A stretch of DNA of 64,000 nt from Psammoneis japonica (GCA_008632985.1 QPGO01000108.1:114476-178475); one strand, 5' to 3'. Shown: positions 23,923 through 36,829, counted from the stretch's first letter. Notes: generated from the letters alone by a model not told the origin. Translations and numbers: made by a program.

Positions 23923-26900
23923 TTGAAAGACAACAATGGACACTGTGACCAAGAGACCAGCATCCCCAAACGTGCACGTTTTGATTCAACTGCAGTGAGT
24001 TCTGCCCAGCAGCAGCCAAGGACACCCCTTGCCACTGCTGCCCAATGCATCAGGGACCATGTCGCATTGCTCCAACCCAAGACAGCCACCATCCTTGAGA
24101 GGCTTGTGCTGCAACACCTTCAACTGCAAGCCAGGGCCCATGACAAGGCCTTTCACATCAAAAGGATGACTCATGACAAGGAGTTTGTCCCCTGCTCAGC
24201 CAGAATCAATTTCAAACTTCAAATGTTGAAAGCAGCTGAACAGAGCCAGGAGTTTGCAGCTCTGCAGGAGGAAACAAACAACCTTGTCAAAAACACCCAA
24301 AAAAATGCCTTCAAAAAGCATGTCATCACTGCCACCAAGATTGAATGCAAAGTCCTTTGAGAAGAAATCATGGAGTTCTGCACAAAAGCCATCTGACTCT
24401 CAACAGAAAGCTTCACCATGGCAGACAGTGTCGCCAAGCCTGTTGACACTGCAGCAGTCACTCCACTTGACTGCTGCCATGTGAGTCCCTGCTCAAGTGT
24501 GTCAAAGTCCATCACAATCTAAGACTGGCCAGCATGCAAGAAGAAAATGGCACCGGGGATTCTCCATTTCCAACACAGCTGCAAGCAACAGCACAAGCAC
24601 CAACACTCACCGCAGCCCAGCAACAAGCCAAAAGCCAACTTGACAAAATCTTTCAAGCTCTGGAGCGCATCTTTTTCTCTCCTTGGGACATCTGCTTGGA
24701 AGCAAAAAAAAAACCATGACATCAGTCTCCCATTCAAAAAGATGGACAAGGAGCACTTCAAGTTGGAAGCAATGGAAAACACCAACTTGGAAATTGACGG
24801 AGAACCTGCAGTCAATCCTGCCACCCTGAAAGAACTCGTTTGCAAGGAGACAGAGAAAAATGCAAAAAAGCTGACTCAGCAGGTCAACTTGCTCTCGCAG
24901 CATGTCAAATCAATGAAACAACAGTCATCAAACAAACAGAGGAGGGGCCCAACCACCAACGCCGGCACCTCATCACAAAAAGAAAAAGGCAAAGGTGCCT
25001 CATTGGGTTGCTCAAGGAAACAAAACGCCCTCCACGCGACCGCAGAGCCAATGATGCTGACAAAGACACCGCTGGTGCCAACAAAAACAATCGCTGCCAC
25101 ACCAAATCAAAACAGCCATCAAAAAAGAAGCAGCAGTGCTCCAACACCAACTGGAACAGGAGCCAGAGACAATGTCAGCACAAATCTACCAAATGCATGG
25201 ATTTGTTGCTGATCTCTCCAAATTGCTCTCACACATCGCCTTCCTGCACCTTGGTGACATGCCTGCTTGGTGCTGCTTTGGCAGACCGTCACACCTCCTC
25301 TCCTTTCACAACTGCACATCTGTGTTCAAATCACCAAAGAACTTCAAATCACTCCTTGGTCTCAGCCTCAAGTTCATCCCTGCACCTCACTTCGCTGACA
25401 GTGGCAAGTCACTCAAGTTCCAAGACCACATGCTTGGACATTTCAAGCTGGACCTGGACAAACGCGACTGCTTTGCAAATGCACCAATCAACAACAATGA
25501 AGACTGCTGCAACCCAAGAATGCATCTCCGACCCAACTGGATGCCACCCTCTTGGAATGAAGCCAAAATTGTTGAGTGCCGCTGCGTGAATTTCAAAACA
25601 AAACTCATGCAGCTTTTTGCCAAACGCCATGGTAAAACCAACCTCCTGCCCCGCCAATGCCACGCCCTCACCCATTTGCACAAACAAGATGACTTTGTGA
25701 TTGCCCAATGTGAAAAGAACCCGGGCCCTGCCATTGTTGAAAAAACCAAACACATCAAAATGGCATGCTGCGATCACCTCAACAATGCAGCCGCGTGCCA
25801 CCATCTTAGCAACTCCAAAGCCACCGTGTGCAAATGCCGCATCAAAAAGCTTCTTGCTGACTGGCTCAGAACACACAAAGCCAATCTAACCCCAATGGAA
25901 TGTGAGCATCTCAAACATCACATTGAGACAAATGAAACCCCACCCCCTGTCTTCTGCCTCACTTTGAAGGTGCACAAGCCTCCACCACTTAAATCGCAAC
26001 CCATCGTCTGTGCAAGCGGCAGCTTGCTGCATGGCTTGGGCATCTGGGCAGACACTGAACTATAAAAAGTCATGCATGAGCAACCACCACACTTTAAAAG
26101 CTTGTTGGACCTCAAAAATGAATTGGCCCAAATGGCGGTGCCACCGGACTGCCTCCTCTTCACTTCTGATGCTGAGCCCTGCTGCTCAAACATCCCAACA
26201 AGCAAAGCACTTCAAGCAATTGCAGCCTTCCTGCAATGACATGAGAGTGAATTCCAAGATGTCCCAACAAAGGCCCTCATCAGAGCCCTCCACATTGCAA
26301 TGAAACACAACGTCTTTGCCTTTGGAGACACTGCATGGCTTCAACAAAATGGCGCTGCAATGGGCACACCACCTGACTCCTGGAGGAGTCAGGCGCCAAC
26401 CTTCTCTTCTGCAAGAGATTCGTTGACAATGCATTTGGCATTTGGAAAATCACTGAGCCTGCCACCGACACCGCATGTTGGAGAGCATTTGCACCCAAAA
26501 TGCATGACTGCGACATTGATTGGGTCACGAGCTCCAGACCACACACCACAAACTTCATGGACTTCACTGTCACACTCCAGGGCTCTCGCCTGCACACCAC
26601 CACTCTCCACAAGAAAGCAATGAATCCATGTCCACACATTCCACCACACTCAGCCCATCTGCCTGGAGTGCTTGCTGGCCCAATTGTGTGAATGCTCTTC
26701 TGCTTCAAGAACCTTTGCTCCGATCCAACCAGTGCCAAAGCAAAAATGAAACTTCTTGATCTTTGCCTGCTTGCCCGAGGCTGCAAGCCCAGCAAGCTTC
26801 AACCCATCTTTCAAAAAGCACACGACCACTTTTTTGGAAATGCGATGACTGCAGAAGCGCCCCCATCCAGCCCCCCCATCCAGCCCCCCCATCTTCCTCC

Positions 26901-27160
26901 ATGTCCCACATCACCCACATGACCCACCATTGAGTGAATTGCAGAAGGCCTGGAAAGGAACAATGGCTTCTTCCCCTTGCTCCCAACCACTTGCCAACAT
27001 TCAAAATCACAACCAACAACGCATCGGCTTGGAACACATGACAGCTTGTCCCAGCTGATCATGCAACCTTGGCAACCTCCTCTTGCATCCCATTCTTTGC
27101 ACACCTCTGCTGCCCCCCCAGCTTCATCCCACCGGATTGCAAACAGGGAGGCCACCAAGA
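23923..27160 (+). mobile_element. Penelope-like retroelement, near full length: helical N-terminal/ORF1 region plus RT, no endonuclease detected
   Basis: ORF1-like DKEFVP(R)SARINFKL; RT region LLGLSLKFIP, (D)KN(L)GPAIV, LKVHKPP, NGAAMGTPP, KRFVD, NFMDFTV, IPPHSAH; same 3' end GGATTGCAAACAGGGAGGCCAC followed by (GA)n. Confidence 0.88.
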
Positions 27161-27182
27161 GTTTTGTTCGTTCATTCATTCA

Positions 27183-27214
<32 letters not shown>

Positions 27215-28208
27215 CAAGCAGTGAAGGCCTGTTCCAGCTCCAGGTGCTCCGCGTGGGTTCGATCCCATCATTGGCCCATTTTTGGGTTCAGCGCAAATGA
27301 CTTTTTCAAAATCCGTTTTTTGCCAAATCGAAGGGCAAGCCACCGAATCGAAAAATTTGCGACATTGCAAAATTTGCGACAAATTCCGAATCCCCGCACA
27401 ATCATCGCGCGGCGAGTCGAGAAACGACCCTTGTCACCCTCCAAGATCGTCTTTGCGACGCGGCCAACATCCTCTGGTGCAATTCAAGGTGCAGGCGTTC
27501 TTTCTACTTCGATTAAGAAAAGATATGATGCACGAGAAATGACAAGAAATCCTTATTTTCAAAGGAAATTGCCTTCTCGTGACAGCAACTCATGCCGACG
27601 CATCGCAAGATTTCAACAAAAAATGACCTTTTTGGATGATTACACCGCCTTTCCTCACAAACAAAACGTCACATAGCTCGTCATAATGATGACAATCTGA
27701 TTGGTTTGTTGTTTCATGTCACTTGCAGACCTTCGGTTGTCGAAACAGCATCATTTGCTCATTTGAAGCGAAAAATGAAGCACTCAGAGACCTCGCACGT
27801 GCTTTCATCGTGAAAAAATTCAAGCCATTTGTTTTTATAAATTAATTTGCGATTCGCAAATTTTGCGTTTCAGCAGCAAGTGTACACTTTGCATGTGTTT
27901 TCGGGTGTACACTCACCTTTCGATTTTCGAAATGATCAAAAATGAAGGACTCAATTGTGCCAAATGTGATTTTCGGCTGGTGTCCCATTCTACGTGAAAA
28001 ATGCTCGTGATCACTCACTTTTTCATTTGTCGGAGCTCGTGTTTTTGGTCTTCTTCAACTCAACTGACGTCCGAACATGCCTCATTTCTGCAGACACAAT
28101 GCAGTTAATTTGATTGAGCACGCCAAAAAAATGTGTCCTCTCGACTTGCCATCCGTCTCATCCACCAGCCCTCTCGATGCACACTTTCAATCAAATTTCC
28201 AGTGCATC

Positions 28209-31200
28209 ATGGGCAACAAAAGGAAGAAGCAAAATGGAGTTGGCCGTCGACACAAGTCAGGGACTGGCAACAGCAAAAACAAGAAGCCTTGTCATGAACT
28301 TGAAACACACTCCACGGTCTCCAACCATGTCGTTGCTGCAGCTGAAGCAGCTGCAGCTGCTCCCTTCAATCCGAACAACCCGAACTCTGCTGCCTCCGTC
28401 ACTCCCTCCGTTGCTCCCACCGACCTGGCTGCTTTCAACCCAAACCCCTCCACAGAACACCTCACTCATTGTCCAGTGTCATCCTTGCCAAGACCGCCTG
28501 GCCCCTCCCAAATGCACACTGCAGGAGCGGCCACCACTCCCTCCAACCCTGACTCTGACAATGCAGCCGTCACTCCCTCCGTTGCTCCCACCAACCTGGC
28601 TGCTTTCAACCCGAACACCTCCAAGGAACACCCCACTCATTGTCCAGGGTCATCCTTGCCAAGACAGCCAGGCCCCTCCCAAATGCACACTGCAGGAGCG
28701 GCCGCCACTCCCTCCAACCCCAACTCTGACAATGCCGCCGTCACTCCCTCTGTCGCTTCGGCCAACCGAACTGCTGTCAACCTCACCGCCTCCCAAGGTT
28801 GCCCCACTTTTAATCCTCATGCATTCGAAGCAACCCACAAAGATCCCCAACAGGCACTTTGTCATGCAGCGGTCAAAGTGAGAGAAGGAGTGTTGTCTTG
28901 CGCCGCCACTCAAGAACAACAAATCTGTGCGTTTGTGCATGCTTTGCATTTTCCCGAAATGGCCCCATTTCTTCAGGCTTGTAATTTGACATTGCTGAAA
29001 ACAAATGCTGCGGCCTTGCAAATTGCCAAGCAGTTGGGCAAAATGTGGGCACGTGCCAACGACACCAGCAATGGTCAACACCTCGCTGACGACAAAAAAT
29101 CGTTTGTCCGTGCTCTTGCAACTGGAATCTCCGGTTCACCAGAAAAATCTGCCGAAGAGGAAAAGTTGTCTTCCCATGACTGCGCCAAGGCACTTGGCCT
29201 GAAACGGAGCACTGTTTGTCGCCAAATGAAGAAGGGAAAGATTGCCAGAGAGGCATTGCTTTCAAACACTGACGATGTCATGTGGTCTTCAGTGCAACCC
29301 CGTCGGCGTCCTCACAAAGTTTCCCCTGAGATCCGAAAGGCATTTGTGCACTGGTTGTCAAATCATCCCAACATGGTGCAGTCTCCCAACACACGAGACA
29401 TGATTCTCATTAAAGATGAAGATGGAAACAAGAAACGAGTGAACAAATGGCTGCACAATGTGTCCATGCGCAAGTGTCTGTTGGCGGATTCGAACATGCA
29501 CGTGATGCCAATGGCAAGACCCTCATCAGTGACATGATGTTTCGATTTTTGATTCCCAAGCAGTGTCGAAAAATGAACGCAAGTCAACGCAGCATGTGTC
29601 AATGCAGCGATTGCACCAATGCCAATTTTCTACAAGATGCATTGAACAGGTTTCGAAGGAAGCTTTCAAAAGAGATGGAGGTGGAGCAAAATTGGTTGAA
29701 GCTTGCGAGTGAGGATCCTGAGAACTTGGAGAACTGTGACAGTGCCCTTGGCAAATTGGAGGAAACAATGCGTGTCTGTCAAGAGGAAGCGTTTGGCCCC
29801 AACGGCCATCACCTTCATCCTAAAGCCCAAGATGCAGTTGCAACCATCATTTGTGGCAACGTCAATGGTCAGGATCATCCTCATTGGAAATGCATTTTGG
29901 GTGAATGCGAGCATTGCCCATCCCATCCAACTCCATTGTTGGGACAGAATGAAAGTCCCGGTGCACCCCAAGTTTTGTTTCAACGTCACTTGACTGTAAA
30001 AAGTTGTTCCAAGCATGGTGTGTGCATGGAAGCATGTCCTGTTTGTGAGGCAGATCCAGATGGGAACAAGGGTGCAAAGGTGAAATGCAGGACCTTGTTG
30101 ACAAGGTTCCGAAAACCAGTCGGTGTCTTTACAAAAGAGCACTGCATTCCAAGTTTAGAGAAGCTCCGCTGCCACCTTCCCCATGTGGTCATTCTTGGGA
30201 AAAATCATTGCATGGAAATGCGTTGCAAAGCATTTGAGTCAACACCCAACAGCCTGTTCACATCTCATGACCACTCCGAGAGTGTCAGAAGGCAGAGTTC
30301 AACAACCAAGTTCAGGGTGACCATTGTGGCAACAACCGAACATTGTCAATCGAAGGAAGAGTTTGCGATGCAATGGTTGACAAAGGGCTTCAGAAAACAC
30401 ATCATGCGCATCTCTCTGACTCTTCCAAGCAAGATGCCACCACCACCAATGCTCGCTTGGAAAAGTTTGTCACCTGGTTAAAAAACCGCAACCTGTGTGA
30501 GGCGCGGCTTGTGATTTGGGATCACACTGATGGTTGTGCCAAACAACACCGATGTGCTTTGGCGCTGTGCTTGTTGTCTGTCTTTGCGCACAAACACAAC
30601 ATTGTGTTTGACCGTGCCATTGGAGCACCTGGACATGGCAAAGGAGAGGTTGATGGCATTGGAGCCTGCATCAAATCACTCATGCATCGAGAAATGCAGT
30701 CCACAACTGTTGCAGGAGTCAATGACAAGGATGGGAAAATTGGACCTGAAGCTTTGGTCATGGATGACAACAGTGTTGTAGCTGCACACAGTCATGCAAA
30801 GGAATGTCACAAAACAGTCACAAAGAACAAGAGTGCTTTCGGCACAGTTGGTTGCAGAAAACATGCCAAGAGGGAATCCCTTTGAAAGTCAATGGAAAGG
30901 GTGCATTGTCTGCAGGAAGCTGACAAAGTTCTTGGCTCTTCAATCAAAGTCAAGTTGACTGGATTGGTGCAAGTGCACATGCACCATTGTGGCATTGGAG
31001 CCTTGTGCCATTTCCGATTTGAACCTCTTTTCCCCATTGGCTGGGCTGCGATGCGAAGAATTCCTTGTGCTTGTGAAGCCTGCCTGGATCAGCTGAAACG
31101 GCCTTGGGTTAAAAATGTCAAGCCAACAGAGCAGCCACGACATGCAGGTGGCAACCGAGCTTGCAAACTGTGGCCCATCTTTGAGGGACTGAACGATTGG

Positions 31201-31800
31201 CAAGTGTGTCAGGTGATTCAAACAGATGAGAGTGACGCCGACGAGGTGCAGCTGGTTCACAAATCTGTGTTGGACTTCCTGACTGAGGAAATGGCCAAGG
31301 AAATTGTTCCAAACAGCTGTGCCGCATTGTCTTGTGAATCTGAGGAGGGGCTCCATCTGCTGCAATGGGATGAACTCCCCCACAAAGCACAGGAGGACGA
31401 GGTTTGGAAAGAGTTTGACCCACCCATGACTGTTGAGGCCGGTGAATGGGTTTGCAAGGGAGTGCATCTTAACCCTGTTCCACGGGCCAGAGGATGGCAC
31501 ACTCCCAGTGATGCTGAGGAATGCAAGACAAGAGTGTTGCTCAAGCAAATTGCAGTTGGCAGCATTGAGCTTGATGAACCATCAGCCAATCTGGAGCTGC
31601 CAAGTGCATGCATGAAGGAACTCTGGATGCCATCTGACAGTGGGAGGCAATGGATTGTTTTGAGGACTGTTCAGACGAGGTGGAGGAACAAGACATCGAA
31701 ACTGGTGAGTGGGGGGGAGAGAATGACGACATGGAAGACACTGTGGATGATGATGAGAGCACGGCAGGGGACAGTGACAGCAACAATTCGGACAAATAAA
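28209..31800 (+). pseudogene. Sola2-like DDE transposase, hypermutated and frameshifted
   Basis: C.C.DC, KCILGECEHC, D(Y)SE, LSD..KQD, WDHTDGCAKQ(Y)R and APGHGKGEVDGIG match the DG..QY and GHGKG..DG motifs of Sola2-type transposases; RRIPCAC..C follows downstream. Confidence 0.75.
28396..28755 (+). repeat. 171-bp (57-codon) tandem repeat in the transposase N-terminus
   Basis: CCGTCACTCCCTC at 28396, 28567 and 28738. Confidence 0.9.
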
Positions 31801-34800
31801 ATGGCAATGTCATGCAACTAGATTGACCATCCAACACAAAAGCTTTCCTTTTTGCACGCAACTTCTGCTGCACCACCCTGGGAAGTTCGAACTGGTGCAC
31901 CATGAACACTTGTTGCAGACGCTTTTTCGCCACACATTTCACCTCATGTTCCTCGTTCCCAAGACACCAATTGAAACACTTGATGTCCTTTGCTGGCAAT
32001 GCAAAAGGGTGGTTGGAATCAAAGATCCATCCATGGTGCAAGGCAATGCAGTGGTTGTTCACAAGATGGCACAAAGTTGTGAAGTCATCATTGCAGGTCG
32101 TCACGTCAAATTCACCACCTGCTGCAAGGGAAATTGTTCGATCCACACTGCCGCAAAACTTCATGTTTGAGTTCTCAGGCGGGAATTTTTCTTTCAAACG
32201 ACCGTTCAACATGTTCTTTGCAAACAACATGCGCTTGTTGTCAGTGTCAGCACAGTTGGCAGATGTTTGAATGTGAGAAGCAATGCAGTCTCTCATTTCC
32301 ACGTCACCAGCACAATCAAGAACACTGGCCAGGGAGGAAAAAACGCAAGTGTTGTTTTGTCCTTGCTGCAGGAATTTCATGGGTGGACCGCTCGTCGGCA
32401 AGTTGCTGTTCGATGGCATCAACATGTTTCCTTCCGGCAAGGAGCAACAACCATCCGATGGCTTCAATTCTTTCAAATCTTTCCACACATCTGGAAACCG
32501 AAACTTAAAATTGCACTCAGCCCAATCCAGGGCCACATGCATGGGACGGTTCCCCTCCAAGCTGCAGCCAATGAAATCAGCTCCCCGCCCAACAGGTGGA
32601 AGTTTTTGAATCTCCGCTTCAGCCAATCTCTTCAGTTTGGCAATCTGTGGTGGGTTGCAAATTGATTCCACCTTGTTCTTAATCTCGTCCCTGCATTTTC
32701 AATTGAGTTGCTGGGGAATGTTTGGTTTGTGTTTGGCACGTGCAATGAGGCCCGCACACATGTTCATGGGATGGCCGTTCATTTCATCGTGTCGCAAGTC
32801 AAACCATGGTTCCCACAACATGACGCCCTTGTTTTTCCCTTCAAAGCAACCAAACAAGTGAGGAACATCTCCTTCGGAATCACCAGGACGCTGACGCCTG
32901 CTGTTCCATTTGCTTGGATCAATCCAAGTGAGTTTTTTAACCTGCAACATCACTTGAGCGTCTTTGCACTCACACTCATGTTGATCCCTTTCTTGTTGGT
33001 GTTGCTGCGCTTTGGTCAGCCGATGCCATGAAGTGTCTCCTTTTGGCCTTGGTTTTGGGACAGAGCTGCGAAGGCCAATGAGATCCTCATCCTCATGCAC
33101 TCCAGGGATTTCTTTCAAAAGCTGATGTGAGCGTCTGCAAAAAGCCCCCCCCCACCATCTCCCACTTCTCTTCTGCAGCCGGGGCTTTCTTCCTCTTGTC
33201 TCTTGCAGCCTTGGCTTTCTCCCTCTTCTCTTGGGCAGTCTTGGATTTCTCCCTCTTCTCTTCTGCAGCTGCAGAAACTTCTTCCTTGTGTTCATCGTCC
33301 TCCTCATCCTCAGTTTCCTCTGGATCTTGCTCCTCCTGGATTTCATCTTGCACACCGTCATCTTCCTCCTCTTCCTCCTCTTCCTCAGTTGACTGATCCA
33401 TCGCCCCATCTTCCTCCTCTTCCTCAGCCGATTGATCCATGGCCCCATCTTCCTCCTCCTGGTTTTTGTCTCGCAGTTGCAACCTTGCAGTGCCAGCCTC
33501 GGCCTTTTGCAGGTCGTCCGTCTCTTCAGTGCCCTCCTTCCCCTCTTCCTCTTCCTCCTCCTCCACCTCTTCCTTCAACCCTGCATCACGGGCACCAGCA
33601 TGATGCATGTGGCGATGGCAATGAATCCTTCTGCAAAACTTGCACCATACAAGTCCAGGAGCTGCCTTGCACCAATCAGCAAGGTGAGCAAGCGGCTCTT
33701 TGAAACAATCCTTCCTGCTTGGTCTGGCAGGGAAGTGAACTTCAACCATCTGTTTGTCTTCGGTGACGGCCTCCACTAACTTGGAGTGTCATTGCGGCTT
33801 GAAAGGCTTGCACCGCTGGTCCAGCGGACAAGCGGTGCCTCTGCATTCACCATCAGAGGTGATCCGCAATGCATGGTTGCACCACCAACCTACAATGATG
33901 TCAAACAAGGCCTCGGATGGCAGTCTGTCATCGGGGTCGAATGGCCCAAATGAGAAAATCCTCCGGCAGCCACTCCTGCAACTCATGAGCACTTTGTGTG
34001 GTGCGTTGGTGGAAGTTCGGGAATGCAGGGATCTTCCTGCATGTCATCATCTGACTGTTCAAGCTTCTCCCTTTTACAATGCTCGTCATGAAAAACACAA
34101 TCGTCGCTGTGATCCACAATGGGCTTCTTCAACTTCTCACAGCTGATGCATGGTTTTCGACGCAGCTTTTCGTCCACCTGCTTCCTCTGAGCGATTTCAT
34201 TTGGAACAGAGCGATGGTTGCAGATTGAACCCCAGTGCTGTTTTGCAGGTAGAACGGGACATCTTGTTTCACATTTGAACTTGACGTCCAACCCCTTCAA
34301 AGCCAACATTTCAAAATTGTTCTTCACCCCCTTTGGAGACTTAATTCGCCACCAACTTTGAAACACGACCTCGCCAAAAGGCAGCCACGCATGTGTCTTT
34401 AAATCTTTGGTCGACTTTTCATCATCGCACGTTTCTAGGTTTTGAATGTTGACCAAAGATGCCAAGTGGAATCGGTGCTTGGCAATGCACGAATGATCAG
34501 CAATGCATCCTCCTTCAACAAGCAGTTCCTCCCAAAAGTCTTCATCCTTGCGGATCTCTGTTGCAACGTTCTGATGCTCGGCGCTGGAATGAGGCAATGC
34601 CAAAACAATTGCAGAGCTCATTGGAGCAATCCTCTCCTTTGCACACAGGGCAACAGTGTTGCCTTGATCATTCATCATGAGATCATCCCAGTCCCAGTGC
34701 TTGCAGACGTTCGCCAGATCAGAACGATCACTCATGGTGTCCGTGATGTCCTCAAAACCCATCACTCCCATGTGATGAGACTTCAAAGTCTTCTGACAAT

Positions 34801-35518
34801 GAAGACATGCATCAAGTCCAATCAAAAAAGGACATGCACCTCAACTCGATGGTGTGATCGATTGACTCTCATCGCCCGCCCCAACTGACACAACCGGAGA
34901 CTCTGTCACAAGGGCGCAATCAACAAGCAGGCCAATGTTTGTCTTGACACGGTGCATCAAAACAGCAGCAACATTTTGCTTGTCCTTCATGGCGTCCCTC
35001 ATCAACATTCCTGATGGCACCACAACCAACATCAAGAGGTGCTGGTTCTTGTCCTTGATGTGTTGTTGGTTCAGTTGCGGTCGATTCTCGGAGTTAAATT
35101 TTTCACAAAACCAATCGACAACAGTGTTGCGGAATGTGTTCCGTGTTTTGGCACTGTTGAACCCATCCAAACCATTCTTGTGATGAAGAACATGAAAGAG
35201 AGGGCTCATCTTCTTTGTTCCACGATCTTCTGTGGTCAAGATGCTCAAATCTACAAGACCTTGAGGGCACTCAAGGGGATCAACTGCATCTTGGAGAGGC
35301 ACAGTGTGCCAAGTTTTGGCTTTGCCCTGCGGTGGGTGATGTTCCGCGAGTGCCTTGACGCAACGCTGGATGCAAAAGGAAACCTTCAACATGCTGGAAG
35401 AGTCATTGTTAGCTTGAGGAGAACTGCCGCCAATGGGGCGCTGCTGGGAGGCTGCTTTGGCCAACGTGTCCATGGCAAATGCACTGCTTTTGCACTTCTG
35501 TTTGTGTGACAAATGCAC
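31800..35518 (-). pseudogene. Accessory/cargo ORF(s) of the transposon: acidic repeat region and papain-like peptidase-type domain
   Basis: Long minus-strand ORF segments (34841-35518, 33983-34825, 33093-33776, 31541-32671); QQGQNNTCVFSSLAS and NHCIAL..GWIFDSN give a Q/C/H/D pattern; Glu-rich EEEDGAMDQS repeats. Confidence 0.5.
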
Positions 35519-35745
35519 TCCAGAGAGGGGGGCAACGTCAGTTGCCGTGAAAGTGACGTGGATGAACAGAGGCAGCCTCTAAGGCAGTTCCAGATGCTGA
35601 AAAGTGTCAAACAGCAAGCTGCACTCCCGCTTGCATGACAAATGCACTCCAGAGAGGGGGCCAACGTCAGTTGCCGCGAAAGTGATGCGGATGAACAGAG
35701 GCAGCCTCTGAGGCAGTTCCAGATGCTGAAAAGTGCAAACAGCAA
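35507..35745. repeat. 129-bp tandem duplication
   Basis: TGACAAATGCACTCCAGAGAGGGGG at 35507 and 35636. Confidence 0.9.
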
Positions 35746-36829
35746 GCGTCACAGTGAAAAAAAACCAAGACAAGTTTGTTCCAGTGGAAACTGTCACTCT
35801 GAGAACACTCGGGCGAATGCTTGAGTTTTGTAGAAATTCTGAAGGCCCTGGTGCAAAACAACCATAAAACAACACGTGAGAAGCAACCAGAAAAATGCAC
35901 GCACGTGGTGACGCGTAAAAAAAAGCACAACAGAACGACTTGCCAAATTTGAAACAAGAGAGCACAAAGAGATGGTGTCATCCGCAACAACAGCAACTCT
36001 TTAGAGCTGCAATTGCATTGCGACAACAATGATGTGACTTTGAAATGAAAGGAACAGGCGGTTCCATGCAACCGCAAGGGCAAAGAGGGGGTTGCGGAGT
36101 GGTGACAGCGGTGTGCTGCGTTGTGGCTGGTGTGTGTTGGGCGGACGGCACGTGTTCATAGAAGTCAGTGTTGTTCTGCGCATCGCCAGAAAAACATTAA
36201 ATGCCAACTGACACGATTCTTCCTGTGACGCATCATGCACCTCAGTTGTTGCACATGAGCACTGGTGTCACAAATGTGTTGCGTCATTGAAACAATCAAT
36301 GTTTGCACAAAGCCAAAAAGTGCGAGCTCTGCTGGGTGGAGACAAAAATGTCTGGTGCTGAAAACTGTGCAGAAAATCTAGCGTGATGAAAAGCGGAGCA
36401 CCTGGAGCTGGAACAGGCCTGAACTGACTTGAAAAAACAATCAATCTAATCTCAACTTGCCTGGCCCGGGGTTGCAAACCCAGCAAACTACAACTGCTCT
36501 TCCAAAAAGCACATGACCTCATCTTTGGCAATGCTGACAGAACAACAGAAGAGCCCCAGTCAAACCCAATCTTCCTGCATCTTCCTCACCACCCAAACGA
36601 CCCGCCATCCAGTGAACTGCAGAAATTGTGGAAAGGTGCAATGGCCAACCCTCCCCACTCACAACCTCTCTCAAACCTTTGAAATCACACCCGACAACGC
36701 ATCGGCCTCAACCGCATGATTGTTTGTTGCAGCTGCTCCTGCAATCTTGGAAATCTCCTTTCCTGCCATGTGCTCCGAGTCTCCCATGGCCCCCCAGTTT
36801 CATCCTGTTGGATTGCAAACATGGAGGCC

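Larger units (their letters stand above)
27226..36419 (+). mobile_element. 9.2-kb TIR DNA transposon, Sola2-like
   Basis: Perfect 27-bp TIRs GGCCTGTTCCAGCTCCAGGTGCTCCGC (27226-27252 and 36393-36419); 4-bp TSD TGAA on both sides; the empty site is visible at about 37168-37200. Confidence 0.92.

Noticed and set aside
20400..36600. Alternative genetic code or ADAR-like RNA editing of retroelements
   Set aside because: Neighbouring genes use Tyr normally; changes occur on both strands and also affect a DNA transposon, an intron donor and non-coding DNA.
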